Source: Emiliania huxleyi CCMP1516
Taxonomy: Eukaryota
Direction of reading: 5' to 3'
NCBI RefSeq assembly: GCF_000372725.1
Contig: NW_005201277.1
Coordinates: forward strand, 196,347-220,280
Length of the DNA: 23,934 bases
The notes below the pieces were generated by a model. The model had not been told where the DNA came from. It was given only the letters and a program-made list of their open reading frames with translations, and ran no database searches. A program made the translations under genes and the position numbers. This document shows positions 18,436-23,934 of this stretch, piece after piece. Each line of letters starts with the position of its first letter. The stretch's first letter is position 1.

Positions 18436-18634
18436 GTGGTGTGTACTTGTTACGTGAAAACCCGCTGGGAGTGTTGTACACCGAGGCAGCGCACCTAGGC
18501 GTGCCAGCTCGTTTTCTCTCTTTTTCTCGGCCTCTTAATTTTTGAGATTTTGTAAGATAAAATGAACTCGGGGGCACGGGACGCGGCACAAACGGGGCAC
18601 AAACTCCAGGTAAAATTTTTGTTTTTTGGCGTGG
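18436..18634. promoter_or_regulatory. Putative bidirectional promoter region
   Basis: 199-bp relatively AT-rich spacer between the divergent ATGs at 18435 (-) and 18635 (+). Confidence 0.5.
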
Positions 18635-21127
18635 ATGCGGGCGCTGCTTTGGCGCGGCGCGCTCCTCCCGCTCCTCCTCCACTCCGTCCCCGCCCGAGCG
18701 CCGTACCCGAAGTCGCGCGCCAACAGCCCTAGCCGCCTGCCTCTGACCGACCCTCAGCGCGTCGTGGCGCGCGCCCTCTCCCGCTCGGCGCTCTCGGACG
18801 TGCCGGCCACCTCGCTGCTGGCAGAGGTGCCGCAGGGGGAGCCGCGCGCCCGGCTGCTGCGGGCAGCCATCGAGCTGACCGACCCACGCCAGTGGCGGGC
18901 GGCCATCGCGCTGCTGCGGGCGATGCCGGCCAGCGGCGCCGGCCCGCCGACGACGGTCGCCTACAACCTCGCGATGCGGGCGTGCGTGCGCGGCGGCGCG
19001 TGGGAGACGGCGCTCGAGCTGGTCGAGGAGATGGCGGCGCAGCCCGGCGGCGCGGCGCGGCCGTCCGCCCACTCCTGGGGCACCGCCATCGACGCGTGCG
19101 CCAAGGGAGGCGACTGGCGGCGCGGGATCGAGCTGCTGCACGGGATGCGAGCTGCAGGCGCCGTCCGGCGGAGCAAGTGGTGCGGGGAGATGCGAGGAGC
19201 GAGCACAGCCTTGTGAGTGGTTGCCTGCCAGGCGTCGAGCCGACGGTGCAGTGCTACGGCGCCGCGATCGCCGGCTGCGCCTCACGCGGGGAGTGGCGGC
19301 CGGCGATCGCTCTGCTGCGCGAAGCGCAGGCCGCGAGCCACCAAGCCTCCGAGCATCGAGCAATCTCGGGGACTCTCGGGTACTCTCGGGTAACGCGTGC
19401 GGTGATCTCGCAGGCCGAGCCGCTGGTCCCAAGCATCGAGTGCTACAACGCGGCTCTGGCCGCTTGCGAGAAGGGCGGCGCGCCGGACAGGCGTGTGCGA
19501 CACTTCCTAGACACTTCCCAGACACTTCCTGGACACTTCCCAGAGACCGGCGCCGGACAGGCGCGTGAGACACAGTCAAGACACACAGCCATGCGGACAC
19601 AGCCATGACACACAGTCATGCGGACACACCGACCTGCACACTGCACACGCACATGCACATGCTGTGCTCTGGTAGACTGCGGTGGGACTCACAGGCTTGC
19701 CAGGGGTTCGCGCTCCTCGCGCAGCTGTACCGCACCACCCACGGGACCTGAACCCACACTGGATTCGATACTCTGGAGGTATGGGACTAGGGCGCTCGCG
19801 CTCCTCGCGGAGCTCGGCGAGGGCGAGCTCAATCGCGGCAGGCGGGCGGCGGGCGAGGGAGGGAGAGGGAGAGGAGGAGGAGTGGGAGGAGGAGGAGGCG
19901 GCGGCGGCGGCGGCGGCGGCGGCGGAGTAGGAGGAGGAGGAGGAGGAGGAGGCGAGGCGAGGCGGCGGCGGCGGCGCGGCGGCGGCGCGGCGCGGCGGCG
20001 GTTGCCGCTCCCCGACACGGTGAGCTACGCGACGGCGATGCGGTCGGCTGCGAGGAGCCGAGAGCACTGGCGCGAGGCGCTGCGCCTGCTCGATGTCATG
20101 GCCAGCCGCGGCGTGCGGCCGAACGCGCACGCGTACGCCGCGGCGGCGGTGGCGTGCGAGACTGGCGGCCGGTGGGAGGTTGCAATCTCGCTCCTCGACC
20201 GGATGCGCGAGCAAGGTCTGCGTGCGAGCGTCATCGTCCATTCTACGCATTCATTACTGGCTTGATTGATTGCTTGATTCAGGTCTGCCTCCGAGCGTCA
20301 TCGTCTATTCGGCGGTCATGGCGTGCTGTGGCGCCGAGGGGCGGTGGGAGGAGGCGCTGCAGCTGCTCGCCGCGATGAAGGCGGAGAGGCTGGCAGTCGA
20401 TGTTCCCGCAGTCAACATTGCGATTTCCGCGTGCGCCCGCGGCCGCGCGTGGCGGGAGGCGTTGCTGCTCCACGAGCAGCTGAGAGCGTGGTGCAGCTCT
20501 GCCGAGGGGCGGCGCGGCGGCCAGATGCTGACTGAGCGCACGTGGGGCGCCACCATCGGCGCGATGTACAAGGGCGGGCAGTGGAGAAAGGCGGCCGAGC
20601 TGGTCGGCGAGATGCGGCGGGACGGGCTCGCGCCCAACCTCGCGTGCTACACGCCCGCGCTGGCCGCGTGTGCCGATGCGGCGGAGTGGCGGCCAGCGCT
20701 CGAGCTGTGGGAGAGCTTGCTGCGAGACGGGATCACGCCCGACGCGCTCGCCGCCGGCGCGGCGCTCGACGCTTGCCTCGCGGGGAGGGTGCCGCAGTCG
20801 GGCCTGGCCGTCGTCGAGCTGCTGTGAACAGCGTCTCTTCACACCTCTAGCTGTGAACAGGTGCCGCAGTCGGGCCTGGCCGTCGTCGAGCTGCTGTGAA
20901 CAGCGTCTCTTCACACCTCTAGCTGTGAACAGGTGCCGCAGTCGGGCCTGGCCGTCGTCGAGCAGCTCGAGCAGGCTTATTAAGTAGCTAATTCATAGTT
21001 AATTAGTAGTTAATTAGCCTAGCTGTCGTCGAGCAGGTGCGCACGCGCCGACCGCCGCGCCGCCTCTTCACCCGCGCCGAGGCTGCCGCCGCGCTCGCCG
21101 CCACCCCCGCGCCGCCCAATGACACGC

Positions 21128-21172
<45 letters not shown>

Positions 21173-21520
21173 TGTCGCTGCCACTGTCCGCGTCGCCGCG
21201 CGAGGCGGCGGCGCTGCTCAACGACTGCTGCTCGCTGCTCGACTCGCTGCAGCGGCACGGGCGCTGCTTGGCCTCGCCTAGAAGCGAGACAGAGGCTGTG
21301 AGAGAGACCACCTGAGAGCAGGCACGGCGCGCCGCTCGGTCTCGTCTCCTTTGGCGCCGTCATCGGGGCGGTCGAGCATTGGGGGCTGGGCGAGCGCGTG
21401 CGCGCGCTGCTGCTGGCAGCAAACAGCGCCCAGCAGCAGCAGGAGGCGAGGGCCTCTGCGAGGGCGTCCGCAGCGGAGGGCGAGGCGCGCGGGGGCGATG
21501 TCAGCGCGAGTACCGAGTGA
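18635..21520 (+). CDS. Pentatricopeptide repeat (P-class PPR) protein, spliced, probably organelle/plastid targeted
   Basis: Repeated PPR motifs, e.g. PTTVAYNLAMRACVRGGAWETALELVEEM, PDTVSYATAMRS, PNAHAYAAAAVACETGGRWEVAISLLDRM, PSVIVYSAVMACC and PNLACYTPALAAC. Approximate introns: 19158-19230, 19330-19413, 19491-19790, 20216-20282, 20789-20932, 20975-21036, 21255-21321. Signal-like N-terminus MRALLWRGALLPLLLHS. Stop at 21518-21520. Confidence 0.85.
20789..20962 (+). repeat. 72-bp tandem repeat (about 2.4 copies) spanning a PPR splice junction
   Basis: gtgccgcagtcgggcctggccgtcgtcgag... starts at 20789, 20861 and 20933. Confidence 0.95.
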
Positions 21521-21748
21521 TTAAATTCCGCGCGGATGAAAGGCGTGTACGGGGTGGCTGAGCCCTCGAGCTCTTCCGATAGCCCTAAAATAGAGGGCCC
21601 ACAGCGTCCCCCCCTCCCCCCGGGTTCGAACTGGCAGCCACTCGCACCAAGAAAGGGCGCTGGCACGCAGCCGCCACGAGAGGAAGCGAGAGATGTACTC
21701 ACATGGGCGAGTGGTGACCTATGTACGGGTGTGCCTGTGTGTTGCCCG

Positions 21749-23934
21749 ATGCAGGTGGGGGTCAGTTTTGCAGGCCTGTCAACTCGAACCCAAGAAGAGC
21801 TGGAGGCAGTGAAGAGCATGCCAGAGCTTGGCCATTTGAGTGGCGAAGACTTTGAGGGCTACTGCGACGGCTGGCTCGAGCAGGGGCACCGCCCTGAGGT
21901 CTCTGACTGGGCGTCGGTTCGGCGCATCGACATTGTCACCTTTGCTGAGTCCATGGATTCAGAAGCCCGATGCTTCAACCCGACATTCCCGCCCGCCGCC
22001 CTAGCCGACGCCGCGAGCAGGGAGTGGTCGCCGTCGCCCTTCCCGCCANNNNNNNNNNNNNNNNNNNNNNNNNNNNNNNNNNNNNNNNNNNNNNNNNNNN
22101 NNNNNNNNNNNNNNNNNNNNNNNNNNNNNNNNNNNNNNNNNNNNNNNNNNNNNNNNNNNNNNNNNNNNNNNNNNNNNNNNNNNNNNNNNNNNNNNNNNNN
22201 NNNNNNNNNNNNNNNNNNNNNNNNNNNNNNNNNNNNNNNNNNNNNNNNNNNNNNNNNNNNNNNNNNNNNNNNNNNNNNNNNNNNNNNNNNNNNNNNNNNN
22301 NNNNNNNNNNNNNNNNNNNNNNNNNNNNNNNNNNNNNNNNNNNNNNNNNNNNNNNNNNNNNNNNNNNNNNNNNNNNNNNNNNNNNNNNNNNNNNNNNNNN
22401 NNNNNNNNNNNNNNNNNNNNNNNNNNNNNNNNNNNNNNNNNNNNNNNNNNNNNNNNNNNNNNNNNNNNNNNNNNNNNNNTCGCCGCCGCCCTTCCCGCCG
22501 GGCAAGGCCCCGACCCCGCCGCCGTCGCCGCCACCCACCCCGCCCGGCAAGGCGCCCACAGCGCCGCCGCCGCCGCCCTTCCCGCCCGGCCTCGCCCCCA
22601 CGCCGCCGCCTCTGCCGCCGCCCTATCCGCCCGGCAAGGCACCGAGCCCGCCCCCGTCGCCGCCGCCCTTCCCGCCCGGCGCGACGCCGCTGCCTCCGCC
22701 CTCGCCGCCGCCCTTCCCGCCAGGCAAGGCTCCCCGCCCGCCGCCCTCGCCGCCGCCCTTCCCGCCGGGCAAGGCCCCGACCCCGCCGCCGTCGCCGCCA
22801 CCCACCCCGCCCGGAAAGGCGCCCACGCCGCCGCCGCCGCCGCCCTTCCCGCCCGGCCTCGCCCCCACGCCGCCGCCTCTGCCGCCGCCCTATCCGCCCG
22901 GCAAGGCACCGACGCCGCCCCCGTCGCCGCCGCCCTTCCCGCCCGGCGCGACGCCGCTGCCTCCGCCCTCGCCGTCGCCCTTCCCGCCAGGCAAGGCTCC
23001 CCGCCCGCCGCCCTCGCCGCCGCCCTTCCCGCCGGGCAAGGCCCCGACCCCGCCGCCGTCGCCGCCACCCACCCCGCCCGGCAAGGCGCCCACGCCGCCG
23101 CCGTCGCCGCCCTTCCCGCCCGGCCTCGCCCCCACGCCGCCGCCTCTGCCGCCGCCCTATCCGCCCGGCAAGGCACCGAGCCCGCCCCCGTCGCCGCCGC
23201 CCTCGCCGCCGCCCTTCCCGCCAGGCAAGGCTCCCCGCCCGCCGCCCTCGCCGCCGCCCTTCCCGCCGGGCAAGGCCCCGACCCCGCCGCCGTCGCCGCC
23301 ACCCACCCCGCCCGGCAAGGCGCCCACGCCGCCGCCGTCGCCGCCCTTCCCGCCCGGCCTCGCCCCCACGCCGCCGCCTCTGCCGCCGCCCTATCCGCCC
23401 GGCAAGGCACCGACGCCGCCCCCGTCGCCGCCGCCCTTCCCGCCCGGCGCGACGCCGCTGCCTCCGCCCTCGCCGTCGCCCTTCCCGCCAGGCAAGGCTC
23501 CCCGCCCGCCGCCCTCGCCGCCGCCCTTCCCGCCGGGCAAGGCCCCGACCCCGCCGCCGTCGCCGCCACCCACCCCGCCCGGCAAGGCGCCCACGCCGCC
23601 GCCGTCGCCGCCCTTCCCGCCCGGCCTCGCCCCCACGCCGCCGCCTCTGCCGCCGCCCTATCCGCCCGGCAAGGCACCGACGCCGCCCCCGTCGCCGCCG
23701 CCCTTCCCGCCCGGCGCGACGCCGCTGCCTCCGCCCTCGCCGTCGCCCTTCCCGCCAGGCAAGGCTCCCCGCCCGCCGCCCTCGCCGCCGCCCTTCCCGC
23801 CGGGCAAGGCCCCGACCCCGCCGCCGTCGCCGCCACCCACCCCGCCCGGCAAGGCGCCCACGCCGCCGCCGTCGCCGCCCTTCCCGCCCGGCCTCGCCCC
23901 CACGCCGCCGCCTCTGCCGCCGCCCTATCCGCCC
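21749..23934 (+). CDS. Proline-rich extensin/HRGP-like repeat protein (partial, crosses the gap, runs off the window)
   Basis: The frame is open from ATG 21749 to the gap (…REWSPSPFPP). After the gap it reads FPPGKAPTPPPSPPPTPPGKAPTPPPSPPFPPGLAPTPPPLPPPYPPGKAP repeatedly with no stop. The true start may lie in an upstream exon, and continuity across the gap is assumed. Confidence 0.65.
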   Translation, partial: MQVGVSFAGLSTRTQEELEAVKSMPELGHLSGEDFEGYCDGWLEQGHRPEVSDWASVRRIDIVTFAESMDSEARCFNPTFPPAALADAASREWSPSPFPPXXXXXXXXXXXXXXXXXXXXXXXXXXXXXXXXXXXXXXXXXXXXXXXXXXXXXXXXXXXXXXXXXXXXXXXXXXXXXXXXXXXXXXXXXXXXXXXXXXXXXXXXXXXXXXXXXXXXXXXXXXXXXXXXXXXXXXXXXXXXXXXXRRRPSRRARPRPRRRRRHPPRPARRPQRRRRRPSRPASPPRRRLCRRPIRPARHRARPRRRRPSRPARRRCLRPRRRPSRQARLPARRPRRRPSRRARPRPRRRRRHPPRPERRPRRRRRRPSRPASPPRRRLCRRPIRPARHRRRPRRRRPSRPARRRCLRPRRRPSRQARLPARRPRRRPSRRARPRPRRRRRHPPRPARRPRRRRRRPSRPASPPRRRLCRRPIRPARHRARPRRRRPRRRPSRQARLPARRPRRRPSRRARPRPRRRRRHPPRPARRPRRRRRRPSRPASPPRRRLCRRPIRPARHRRRPRRRRPSRPARRRCLRPRRRPSRQARLPARRPRRRPSRRARPRPRRRRRHPPRPARRPRRRRRRPSRPASPPRRRLCRRPIRPARHRRRPRRRRPSRPARRRCLRPRRRPSRQARLPARRPRRRPSRRARPRPRRRRRHPPRPARRPRRRRRRPSRPASPPRRRLCRRPIR
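22029..22479. other. Assembly gap (N run begins at 22049)
   Basis: Run of N from 22049 to 22479, at the start of a GC-rich tandem array. Confidence 0.95.
22480..23934 (+). repeat. 267-bp (89-codon) higher-order tandem repeat
   Basis: ctatccgccc recurs at 22623, 22890, 23157, 23391, 23658 and 23925 (periods 267, 267, 234, 267, 267). Confidence 0.97.

Noticed and set aside
22001..23903. Minus-strand Gly/Ala-rich ORFs
   Set aside because: They are reverse-complement shadows of the Pro-rich repeat. The Gly-rich frame is broken by a stop in every unit, while the + frame stays open.

Overview
This is GC-rich eukaryotic genomic DNA with spliceosomal introns (many with GC donors), repeat-laden introns and one N-gap. 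The style suggests a haptophyte such as Emiliania/Gephyrocapsa huxleyi; that is inference, not shown. In order the window holds: repeat and hairpin-rich intergenic DNA; a stand-alone PLOD-type glycosyltransferase gene (+); a multi-exon type II membrane protein with an ShK-like/Cys-rich C-terminus (+); a 5'-truncated CRE-like non-LTR retrotransposon (RT + restriction-like endonuclease) abutting a duplicated fragment of the preceding gene; an intronless thermolysin-like M4 metallopeptidase (+); an intronless 1301-aa ankyrin-repeat/RLK-Pelle-type kinase/HEPN(DUF4145)-like protein (-); a divergently transcribed PPR gene (+); and a Pro-rich tandem-repeat protein running off the right end. The best candidate for an undescribed system is the ANK-kinase-HEPN protein. 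It has the same domain order as vertebrate RNase L, built from different parts, and its near-identical ankyrin repeats vary mainly at ligand-binding positions, as expected of an immune sensor-effector. The second most notable signal is a stop-free +1 frame overlapping almost the whole retrotransposon ORF. All domain calls are by motif recognition; no searches were run.
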